Virus record (IMG/VR): IMGVR_UViG_3300045988_175328
Span: 1-64,000 of that record
DNA: 64,000 nt
Strand: one strand, 5' to 3'
Source: a virus
Below the pieces are notes generated by a model. The model was not told where the DNA came from. It saw only the letters and a list, made by a program, of their open reading frames with translations, and did not search any database. Shown here piece after piece: positions 45,861 to 54,634 of this stretch; the first letter of the stretch is position 1, and each line of letters starts with the position of its first letter. Made by a program: the position numbers and the translations under genes.

Positions 45861-46496
45861 ATGGTTACTAAACTACAAACATTCTGTAAAATTGCAGTAG
45901 AGGACTATCAAGATTTAAATATGTATAAATTAAATCTTGTCCTCTATTTCGCAGATAAACTCTATCGATTTAAATATAGCGAGCCATTTTTTGACGAAGA
46001 ATTTTTAATTGACGAAGAAATGGGTCCGTATCTAGAATCTGTAAAAGATGCATACGAAACATATTCTTTATTTAATATCCCACTATTCGGAGCTTTAAAT
46101 ATTTTTGATGAATCTGATCTTGCAATGGTCGATAAAGATAATAAGTTTGTCGACGATGAGAAAGATCGAGATCATGATGTCGTTGTCGATGAATATGGGA
46201 CTATTCTCGATATTAAGTTTGAAAATAAAAAAGAGCAAGATATTTATGACTTTATTAAGGCTACACTTGAGCCATTAGATTTTACTGGTGTTCTGTATCT
46301 TTATGAATCCTCCAAAGATAAAGAAGAAGAGTTTAATCTATTTTTAGCATCTAAATTTGCAGCATATCAAAAATGGGTTAAAGACGGTAAACCTGAACCA
46401 GATAAAACGAAACCTATTAAAGAAAACGTAATGCATGAAGCTGAGATTTCAGTCGATGATATCGCAGAACGAATATCTCGCCGTAAAAAAATGTAA
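45861..46496 (+). CDS. DUF4065 (Panacea/SocA-like) domain protein (tentative)
   Basis: MYKLNLVLYFADKLYRFKYSEPFFDEEF...GPYLESV resembles the family pattern KL.KLLYFA......G.P.F.E.F.AW..GPV. Confidence 0.35.
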   Translation: MVTKLQTFCKIAVEDYQDLNMYKLNLVLYFADKLYRFKYSEPFFDEEFLIDEEMGPYLESVKDAYETYSLFNIPLFGALNIFDESDLAMVDKDNKFVDDEKDRDHDVVVDEYGTILDIKFENKKEQDIYDFIKATLEPLDFTGVLYLYESSKDKEEEFNLFLASKFAAYQKWVKDGKPEPDKTKPIKENVMHEAEISVDDIAERISRRKKM

Positions 46497-46520
46497 TATA
46501 GTGCCTCAGGAGGCTTGATA

Positions 46521-47198
46521 ATGAATGAATTAAAAACAGAATCTTACGACAAAGATTTAGCTGAACAATTAGACTCATTCGTTGAACAATACAACTCTTG
46601 GGGCTATACAGACCGCGGCAAACAAATATACAATAAAGCAATGCATATGCTAAATACAGATCATGCTATGTATGCTAGACTGCCAATTATTTGCAAGGGC
46701 GAAAATTGTATTTATAAAAACGATCCGCTTCATAAACATAGTGTTGTCCAAGTAGGAGAACCGTGTATTTGTGAAACGACAATGATCGCACAGAAATATG
46801 CCCAGTATAAAGAAGAATTTGACCTTGATAACGCTTCTTATACTGATAAAGTATTAGTTCATGAATTAATTACGCTAGATCTTTTGATTTCTCGTTCGCT
46901 TCAATATATTAATAATAAAGATTACTTACCAGTAATCGATGTTGTTACTAATGTAACAGAAACGGGCGAAGAAATTGTACAACCAATGGTTTCAAAAGGT
47001 ATCGAATTATATTCATCTCTCGTTAAAAAGCGAGATGATGTATTTAGCTTGCTTGTTTCGACACGTAAAGATAAACTTAAAAATAATATTGATACAAATG
47101 ACCATGACGTATATTTAATTAATCAGTTAAGTAACGATGATTTCTTTGTTACAGAAGCTGATATTCAAAAAGAGAAAGAGAGCGTGCTTAGTCGATGA
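46521..47198 (+). CDS. hypothetical protein (position compatible with a small terminase; unproven)
   Basis: AGGAGG RBS 7 nt before ATG 46521. First gene of the late cluster. No motif recognised. Confidence 0.5.
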   Translation: MNELKTESYDKDLAEQLDSFVEQYNSWGYTDRGKQIYNKAMHMLNTDHAMYARLPIICKGENCIYKNDPLHKHSVVQVGEPCICETTMIAQKYAQYKEEFDLDNASYTDKVLVHELITLDLLISRSLQYINNKDYLPVIDVVTNVTETGEEIVQPMVSKGIELYSSLVKKRDDVFSLLVSTRKDKLKNNIDTNDHDVYLINQLSNDDFFVTEADIQKEKESVLSR

Positions 47199-47713
47199 TA
47201 CAAAATTTTTTTAAAGGTTTTGCAAAAGGCATTGACAACATTAATAAAGTAGTTAGTGCTACTAGTGTAATGAATAAAGGATTCAGAACAGCTTCTGAGA
47301 GCATTGCAAAAAAAATTAAAAGCCAAGGAATGATTGAAGGCGCTTTGAATCCATTACACAATATTGCCCAAGGTGGTTTTGGTTATCGTGCTACCGGCAA
47401 ATATGCTGATGCATATAAATTAGCATATGCAGATCAACAAACAGTTGGCAAGGTAATGGATTTAATGCAAGACACAGGCGCCTATAAAGGTAAAGGTTAT
47501 CATGCCGCATTACAAGCTGGTGAAGGACATGCTGGTTATGAAGAAGCTAGAGCAGCTTATGATGCCATCATGAAAGATGCCAAACTTGATAGGACCAGAA
47601 TGATCACGCATGGTGTCATTGGTGCCGGAACAGGATATCGATTGCTTTCTGGTGGAGGCGTATATCGAGATCATAATGGCCAAGTAAATATTCCAGTAGT
47701 TCCGGGTATTTAA
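47195..47713 (+). CDS. hypothetical protein (Gly/Ala-rich)
   Basis: 172-aa ORF. Confidence 0.5.
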   Translation: MIQNFFKGFAKGIDNINKVVSATSVMNKGFRTASESIAKKIKSQGMIEGALNPLHNIAQGGFGYRATGKYADAYKLAYADQQTVGKVMDLMQDTGAYKGKGYHAALQAGEGHAGYEEARAAYDAIMKDAKLDRTRMITHGVIGAGTGYRLLSGGGVYRDHNGQVNIPVVPGI

Positions 47714-47716
47714 TCA

Positions 47717-48940
47717 ATGGCTAAAAAAAATAAAAAGAATAAAGAAAGATATATTCCAAAAGAAGAAAGAAGACTAGCTCAAGAAGCTGTAGAAAATAAC
47801 TTCAGAGAAAGTCTGTCAAAAGGATTTAAACCTAATTTTGAAGAAATTCCTAAACCTAAAATTGCAGATAATTTTAAAGAATTAGCTGATTATGCAAAAA
47901 CTCCGTCTCCTTATTATGCATATAAGAAAGATGGAGGGATAATTAAAGCCAGAAAAGAAAACTCTTTAAATTTAGGCAGTGTTCGTGTTAATAAAAACTC
48001 AGAAACTTATCTTCGTAACGAAAAAGGCAATTTTAAATTTAAATTTGGCAAACAACATATTCCATCGGAAGAAGAAGTTTCTTCTAAAATATCTTTAATT
48101 GCAGATAAGCCAGTAATTGACTATGATGATATAGGCCATCATAAAAAAGATTTACAATCTAATCAAAAAGAGCCGTTAAGTAAAGTAAAAAATGATACTA
48201 TGCCAAAAGGCATGCCTTCTCGTGAAGAATATACTTACAATAGAGGGAGTCATGCTCCGGAGTATGTAAATAAATCTGTAAAAACATCAAATACAGTTTA
48301 TCCAGATCCAAACTTTCCTCCGATGGGGCCAAATCCTGCACCAGAAATTTCTCAATTAGAAAGTAATATTTCTAATACAAAAAAATCTTCAAGTCCTCAA
48401 AAATCTAGACGAGAAAGAATAAGAGATAATATTCATTCAACAGTTGATACTGTTAAAGATAAAACTGGCGCAGCTATTGATACAGTAAGAAATAAAACTA
48501 ACACAGCTGTTGATGCAGTAAAAGATAAAGCAGATATAGCCATTAGTGCTGTAAAAGAAAAATCTGAAGTTGCTGTTAATGCTACAAAAAAAGGTATTAA
48601 TGCTACCGATAAATTTTTATCAAAAAGTCCAGACTTAATTAAAATAAACAAAGAAAGTCCTGATATTTTTGGCGGGAAATTTAGATTAACTAAAGCTGGC
48701 GCTTTAGGAGCAGTTGTGGCTGGTTCATTATTTGCTGTCAAAGATTTTGCAGAATCTTATCAAAGAGAGCCTGCATCTGCAGGTTCAGCTACACCTTTAA
48801 TTTCATCTCCTGTTGTTAATGCTATTCAGTCATCATCTTCGGGATTGACTCCTAAAAATGCATTAGATAATATGAGCGCTAGTGGTGATTTAAATTTTGC
48901 ATTACGAGAACGCAACCGAATAGCTCCTGGTCAGCTTTAA
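47717..48940 (+). CDS. hypothetical protein with five tandem 11-residue repeats
   Basis: 407-aa ORF. Repeats TVDTVKDKTGA / AIDTVRNKTNT / AVDAVKDKADI / AISAVKEKSEV / AVNATKKGINA are encoded at 48440-48604. Confidence 0.55.
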   Translation: MAKKNKKNKERYIPKEERRLAQEAVENNFRESLSKGFKPNFEEIPKPKIADNFKELADYAKTPSPYYAYKKDGGIIKARKENSLNLGSVRVNKNSETYLRNEKGNFKFKFGKQHIPSEEEVSSKISLIADKPVIDYDDIGHHKKDLQSNQKEPLSKVKNDTMPKGMPSREEYTYNRGSHAPEYVNKSVKTSNTVYPDPNFPPMGPNPAPEISQLESNISNTKKSSSPQKSRRERIRDNIHSTVDTVKDKTGAAIDTVRNKTNTAVDAVKDKADIAISAVKEKSEVAVNATKKGINATDKFLSKSPDLIKINKESPDIFGGKFRLTKAGALGAVVAGSLFAVKDFAESYQREPASAGSATPLISSPVVNAIQSSSSGLTPKNALDNMSASGDLNFALRERNRIAPGQL

Positions 48941-48955
48941 AAAAGGATTTAAATA

Positions 48956-49444
48956 ATGGGAATTTTTACAGGCGCAGCCAATATAGCTAAAAAAGCATTT
49001 GCAAAAGGGTCTGGCTTAAAAGACAAGGCCTTTGCTCCAGGTCAAAACATTTTCACCAAAAGTAATCTTCTTGGTGCCGGTGTTTCTGGATATTTTGCTA
49101 AAGATGCTTACGATACAGCTATTGAATCTGGAGAAGGACAAGCTAAAGGATTAAGAGATGCGACTTTTCAATTAGGAACTGATTTATTTTTAGGTCCAGC
49201 TTTAGGTACTGCTGTTTACATGGCAGCAGGATTACCTTCGGCACTTGCATCAGCATCTTCAGAGCTTGCACAACAAGGTCGATTTTTATCGCAACAATCC
49301 TATCGGCCATTTCAATTTAGTCGTCCAGTTAATTCTGGACAATATGCAACGATGCGACAAGCCGGAATGGCGCTCGCAAAACAATCACAATATTCTATGC
49401 AACAAGCCTTAATGGGATCTGAGGCAAAGAATTTTCATAGGTAA
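48956..49444 (+). CDS. hypothetical Gly/Ala-rich (possibly membrane) protein
   Basis: 162-aa ORF. Confidence 0.5.
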   Translation: MGIFTGAANIAKKAFAKGSGLKDKAFAPGQNIFTKSNLLGAGVSGYFAKDAYDTAIESGEGQAKGLRDATFQLGTDLFLGPALGTAVYMAAGLPSALASASSELAQQGRFLSQQSYRPFQFSRPVNSGQYATMRQAGMALAKQSQYSMQQALMGSEAKNFHR

Positions 49445-49453
49445 TAATGATTA

Positions 49454-50575
49454 ATGAATTACAATAATATAACTCCAGAAATGGTTATGTCTATGGATTT
49501 ACAAGAGCTCGTAAAACTTGATTACGCTAAGCTTCCTGAAAAGTCAAAGCTTGCGGTAATTAAAAAAGACCCAGTTATGTGGGCTAAAGCTTTTATTTCT
49601 TCTTATTCAATTGAGCAAGAAGAATATGTTCCATGGACAGCCAGATGGTATCAAGCTGAAATGCTTAGAGATAGGAGTTTACGTAAAGTATATCGATGTG
49701 GTCGTCGGTGTATTGCCGGCGATACATTAATATATGATCCTGAAACTAATAGCTCTATTTCAGCTAAAGAATTGTTCGATACCCGACAGGATGATTTCTT
49801 TACAGTGGCTTGCTTGGATCATGATTTCAAAACAGAGCAGATGCCTCTAGCTAAAATATATGAAAATGGTGTAAAACAAGTATATACAATAACGACAGAA
49901 TACGATAAACAAATTACTGTTACAGAAAATCATCCATTCTTAACACAAGTAGGATGGAAAGAATTAAAACATCTTCGTGTTGGAAATTTAATTGCAGTCA
50001 TTCAAGACGAAGGTATTTTATCAAAGTATGTCGATATCGACAAACAAACAATTGAATTAATACAAAAAGAATTAAATAAAGAAGTAAGTATCGAAAGTTA
50101 TTCAGATCTAATGCTTTATGCAGAAGAGGCTGGACTTGAAACAGTTTACGATATTCTTGATGGCGATTTGGCATGGGAACGAATTAAATCAATTCGATTA
50201 CGTGGCACAGAAATGACATATGATGTGTCCGTACCAGAATATCATAATTTTATTGCGAATGGATTTATCACTCACAATACTGGTAAAACAGAAACAATGG
50301 TTATCGAAGCATTGTACAATTGTTTCACTCGAGATAACTTTGTTCATATGTTTGTAACGCCATACGAAAACCAAGTTCGATTAATTTTCGATAATTTAAA
50401 ATCTAAGATCGATTCCTCGCCAAGGATTCGAACAGCACTCACTCGGTCGACACGGTCGCCGTACGTGATGGAATTTAACAATAAATCAAAAATTGTTGGA
50501 TTTACAACGGGCGCAAGTTCTGGTAGTAGTGCTGCCTCTATCCGCGGATGGCGTAGTGACTGGATCTCACTCGAT
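49454..50575 (+). CDS. terL: terminase large subunit, exon 1 (contains the intein)
   Basis: After intein removal, YRCGRR|TGKTE gives Walker A GRRTGKT. Ends in the Walker B strand IRGWRSDWISLD. Confidence 0.85.
49709..50278 (+). mobile_element. mini-intein (190 aa) inserted in the TerL P-loop
   Basis: Starts CIAGDTLI (block A), TENH (block B-like TxxH), ends FITHN followed by +1 Thr. Too short for a LAGLIDADG or HNH endonuclease domain. Confidence 0.85.
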
Positions 50576-51250
50576 TAAATAATACTATTGTAATAGTTTA
50601 AATAGTCCATTTATTTGGTAACAAGTAAATGTTGAGTTAAATCTCAAGAGTCTATCTAATTGCTGGGAACCCCTAAAGCTTAAAGTGCCTTTGGGCTGCG
50701 AAAGCAGAAATAAATCTTTAAGATGATATATGGTTAAATCCTAAGTATTGTAAACAATGGGCAATCAGCAGCCAAGTTAGTATTATAATTAATATTAAAA
50801 GGTTCAACGACTATCCTGAGAAGGAGTACTATGTAAGCGCATAGGAAATGGTAGAAATCCTACAAAGGATTAAGATATAGTCTATGCTTTATCGAAAGAT
50901 AAAGGTGCGAGTAATGTCGCCGGCTAGAATTAGCGAATCTAGTTGAATTAATATCAGGAAATGGATAATTAAATAATAGTTCATTTAAAACGCCGTTAAA
51001 CAACGAAACTCCTAAGAAGGACAACGATGTACCAAGCTCATTAGTTAATAATGAGTAGTGTTCAACGACTAGGGATGAAATAAGCTCCCCACGAAAGCGG
51101 TGAAACCTACTACAGTCTTATCGTCAAGTTTTATTCTGTAGTACGGAAGACATAGTCTAAACTGGACCAGAACTGACTGGTCGATGAAAATGAAGGTAAC
51201 TTCCAGAGCGCAAGATAAAGAGCTTGCGGTTAATAACAAATTGTATCTAG
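50576..51250 (+). ncRNA. group I intron, terL intron A (boundaries +/- 3 nt), with a second degenerate core in its 3' half
   Basis: P 50658-50670, Q 50761-50773, R 50802-50816, S 50872-50882. The core aligns closely with the clpX intron. A second R-like GTTCAACGACTAG lies at 51060-51072 and a second S-like AAGACATAGTC at 51147-51157. Confidence 0.75.
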
Positions 51251-51379
51251 GTGAAGGTGATTTCGACACAGTATATGCTCTTTGTATGGAACGTGCTAGT
51301 ATCGGAATGACATGTTCATCGACACCAACCGGTAGACGATCTAAGTTTTATGACATTTGTACTCAGAAGAGCCTCGGGT
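51251..51379 (+). CDS. terL: terminase large subunit, exon 2
   Basis: (E)GDFDTVYALCMERASIGMTCSSTPTGRRSKFYDICTQKSLG is collinear with the T4 gp17 region ...ISSGRRSKIIITTTPNGLNHFYDIW. Confidence 0.75.
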
Positions 51380-51622
51380 TAAAAATGGCCCCAATATTAA
51401 GCAATTAATGATTGAAAACCTTTTGAAATGCTGGGACTTCCTTTAAGGAAAATCAGCAGCGAAGCTTCTTAAATTTAAGAAGAACGTTCAACGACTATCC
51501 CATTTGGGAGTAGGGTCAAGCGACTCGAAGCAGAAGGCGTCCTATTGGGACGAAGATATAGTCTGAGCTACATAGAGATATGTAGAAGGTTGCAAGTAGC
51601 GAATGCAATCGTAACAATACTG
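51380..51622 (+). ncRNA. group I intron (ORF-less), terL intron B
   Basis: Exon ends CGGGU and pairs with GCCC at 51388-51391. P 51425-51436, Q 51448-51460, R 51485-51499, S 51553-51563. Last base is G (51622). The splice gives KSLG-F-KEHY, cf. T4 GKSGFEPY. Confidence 0.8.
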
Positions 51623-52119
51623 TTAAAGAGCATTACCATCCCGCACAGCATAGTCCTCTATATTCTCCAGAAATGGAGAAAGAATTCAGGGCGACATTCG
51701 ATAAAAATGCGTATGTACATGAAGTACTTGCAGAATTTGGTATCGAAGAAGCTGGCGTGTTTGATAAAGAAGCTCTCGAAAGAGCGACTCGCATGGACAA
51801 TTATGTCTATAATGACGAGATCAAACCGGTACATAATGAATTTAATTTGCGCTCAGCAAAGAAAATTCACCTTCTTCCAGAAGGACAAACTACATATAAG
51901 TATAACATGTATAGAACTATGGCAGTTGACTGGGATAAATCGCAGGCGCCAACTTCTATACTCGTCTTAGATTATGACCACGAATGGAATAAATTCCGGG
52001 TCATTAATCGAACTATGATCGAGCCATCAGATTTTCATTATGACTTGGCGGTAAAAAAGATCATTAATTTAAATGCTATATATAATCCTACTCATATCTA
52101 TATTGATAGGGGCGCAGGT
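51623..52119 (+). CDS. terL: terminase large subunit, exon 3
   Basis: KEHYHPAQHSPLYSPEMEKEFRATFDKNAYVHEVLAEF...IYIDRGAG. The frame is open only from 51586 and ends at TAA 52123. Confidence 0.75.
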
Positions 52120-52382
52120 AAGTAACTTGCCTCAATATAAAGAAAGCACATATATTTATATTGGATAATGCGGAATTAAGCGAGAACTCTAAGTTAAATA
52201 ATATGAGAACTCGAACCGAAGGCATTGCTAAGTAATGTCAGGGGCAGAGCATAGAAGTTGAAAAGATATAATACTTCCACGAGTCCGCATCACAGTTGTG
52301 CTATTATACTGTGAAAAAATATGCCGAACTTACAGGAAACTATAAGAACTACAAGATAAAAAACTTGTAGGATAACAAATTG
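52120..52382 (+). ncRNA. 263-nt intervening sequence of unclear class, terL intron C
   Basis: Joining 52119 (U) to 52383 (after a G) gives IYIDRGAG|EYQIEAL. It lacks the AATCAGCAG / GTTCAACGACTAT / GATATAGTC set of the other introns. It has ATGCGGA (52168-52174) / TCCGCAT (52284-52290) pairing and several hairpins. Confidence 0.5.
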
Positions 52383-52961
52383 GAGTATCAGATAGAAGCT
52401 CTTAAAATATATGGGAAAGAGCATCCATCTTCCGGCCTCGACAAAAAAATAAAAGGATTTATGTTCTCCGAGAAAATTCCAGTACAAGATCCAATTACTG
52501 GGATGATGGTGAAGAAGCATTTAAAACCATATATGGTAACTCAGCTTTCGATACTTATCGAAAGAAATAATTTAATATTAAGTCCGTATGATAGTCATAT
52601 ATTTAAACAACTTATTGACTATCGTATTGAAAAAATAACACAGTCTGGTGTTCCTGTGTATACTAGCGTTAATGAGCATTTTGTCGATGCACTTGGTCTT
52701 GCTTATCTTGCTTTTGTTCAAAACTTTCCAGAGTTAACGAATCTTGTTAAAGAAGCAGAACATAGACCATGTATTAAAATATTCGACAAATCTCCATTAG
52801 CTTCATATGCAAAAAAAGATTTAGACAATCCATGGGATTCTCGTGGATCTTTTGAATCACCAGACGAAGCATGGCAAAAGGTTCCGATGAACGAACCTTT
52901 AATTTCAACTAAGAAAAAAGCATTTTCAAAAAGTAATTGGTTTAAGAGGTCTATGTTTTAA
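52383..52961 (+). CDS. terL: terminase large subunit, exon 4 (nuclease domain C-terminal part)
   Basis: EYQIEALKIYGKEH...NEHFVDALGLAYLAF (conserved terminase nuclease Asp region). No RBS or ATG of its own. Confidence 0.75.
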   Translation, partial: EYQIEALKIYGKEHPSSGLDKKIKGFMFSEKIPVQDPITGMMVKKHLKPYMVTQLSILIERNNLILSPYDSHIFKQLIDYRIEKITQSGVPVYTSVNEHFVDALGLAYLAFVQNFPELTNLVKEAEHRPCIKIFDKSPLASYAKKDLDNPWDSRGSFESPDEAWQKVPMNEPLISTKKKAFSKSNWFKRSMF

Positions 52962-52963
52962 TT

Positions 52964-54634
52964 ATGGATGAAAATAAAAGAATACTTTTTGAACCGAAGA
53001 TAGAACCATATAGGCATTACGAATCAGATGCCAATTTCTTTCATGACTTAACAATTAATCCTATTGTAGGGGACCCTTTATCGATACCTTTAGGTGAAGA
53101 TACAGAAAAAGAAGTAGATCTTTTATTGGGCGAGTTACAAGAAATATATCAGTTAATTGATTTTATGCCGATTCCGATTCGGCCGATTATCGAAAATATT
53201 CTTGTGACAATAACAACTGAAACCATAATTAAAGAGATTCCTCCTCCGCCACACGAGACTCCGCCTGAAATACATATTCCAGAGGAACCTATTCCGGAGA
53301 AGAAGCCTCCAAAACTTACTCCTCATTTTCCTTCAGATCCTGAAGAGAAAAAAATTGTAACGCCTAAACCTGCGCCTAAAGATGATCCGTTTGGATTCGA
53401 CGAAGGACCCAAGAAAGACGTTAAGATCGGAAAATCTCTTCCGATTTCTGAAGTCGTTAATAAAATAGATTATCGTAATAATGTAAGAATTAAACGTGGT
53501 TGGGTCGCCCAACTATCGTCAGCACTTAGTCGATATATGCATAAAATGATGCACGCTGTAAGGCTGACTGGAGCGGAAGATATAACAGCATTTCTTCTTT
53601 TGTTTGACGGGTGGTTTGTTAAAACCGATAAAAATAAAAAAGAAAAAGCAGCACATGATACAATTGTGCGTAACGATGCTGAAATACGAGAAAAAAGTAA
53701 ATTACTCGCAAAGGTAATTTCGCCAGAAGAACTTCTTAAAAGCATGAGAGCATTAGAAGTTACTTCTCAGACTAGATCTAAATACTATTCATACAAATAT
53801 TCTACAGAAGGAAAGACATTCCTAGAGCAGATGGAAAATGATTTACTGTTCCATAAAAGAAGAAAGTATGATCTTAAGTATATAGATGCGGCGAATAATT
53901 ATTATAAATTATTAACTTCTTCTGTTAAATTAACCGATGATATATTTAATTTAACAGCTGAATCAGCTATGGCAAAAGCTGTACTATTAAATAAAGGGAT
54001 CGATATATTTGCACAACGCCCTATTCCTGATCCTATCTATTATTTAAATACATTAAATCCGTCTCTTGGAGATGTCGATGCCAATGGTCGATCTAGAACA
54101 GGGACATATGCTAAGCAAGCAAATCCAAATGATCCGACATGGAATCATACTGTATATAATCTCGAAGGAGTTGAGATTACTGCTGTCGGCGATTCTTTGC
54201 TTGCAGGGTCTCAAGAAATACTTAGAAGCAAACTTCCTAAATTTGAATCTGACGCTAAAGTAGGTCGACAAGCATCTGAGGCAATCGAGATATTTAAAAA
54301 TTTAGCAGGATCTACTCGTTTAGGAAAATTAGTAATTGTTTCACTCGGTACTAATGGTGATATGGTATCTGATGGTTCTGCCGATAAGATCATGGAAATT
54401 ATTGGTACAGATCGAGATGTTCTATGGTATAATAACTATGCAACGGCATCCAATGTTACTTGGGCCGAAACGAATAATAATTATCTCAATGAATTAAGAT
54501 CCAAATATCCTAAATTAAGAATTTTAGATTGGAAAGGAACTGCATCTAGCAAAAATCTTCTTTCTGGAGATGGAGTGCATCCATCAAGTTATGAAGAGTT
54601 TGCCCAGTTAGCATTAAGTGCATTAGGTAAATAA
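52964..54634 (+). CDS. structural-module protein with a Pro-rich region and a C-terminal SGNH/GDSL hydrolase domain
   Basis: Block I ITAVGDSLLAGS, block III VSLGTNGD, block V GDGVHPS. Confidence 0.65.
   Translation: MDENKRILFEPKIEPYRHYESDANFFHDLTINPIVGDPLSIPLGEDTEKEVDLLLGELQEIYQLIDFMPIPIRPIIENILVTITTETIIKEIPPPPHETPPEIHIPEEPIPEKKPPKLTPHFPSDPEEKKIVTPKPAPKDDPFGFDEGPKKDVKIGKSLPISEVVNKIDYRNNVRIKRGWVAQLSSALSRYMHKMMHAVRLTGAEDITAFLLLFDGWFVKTDKNKKEKAAHDTIVRNDAEIREKSKLLAKVISPEELLKSMRALEVTSQTRSKYYSYKYSTEGKTFLEQMENDLLFHKRRKYDLKYIDAANNYYKLLTSSVKLTDDIFNLTAESAMAKAVLLNKGIDIFAQRPIPDPIYYLNTLNPSLGDVDANGRSRTGTYAKQANPNDPTWNHTVYNLEGVEITAVGDSLLAGSQEILRSKLPKFESDAKVGRQASEAIEIFKNLAGSTRLGKLVIVSLGTNGDMVSDGSADKIMEIIGTDRDVLWYNNYATASNVTWAETNNNYLNELRSKYPKLRILDWKGTASSKNLLSGDGVHPSSYEEFAQLALSALGK

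Noticed and set aside
51545-51970. 141-aa ORF spanning terL intron B and exon 3 in another frame.
   Set aside because: It starts inside the ribozyme S/P9 region and overlaps the terminase frame, which has clear homology. Judged spurious.
52117-52125. AG|GTAAGT at the terL exon 3 boundary resembles a eukaryotic spliceosomal donor site.
   Set aside because: This is a prokaryotic phage context, so it is treated as coincidence. The matching 3' end has no polypyrimidine/AG acceptor logic.
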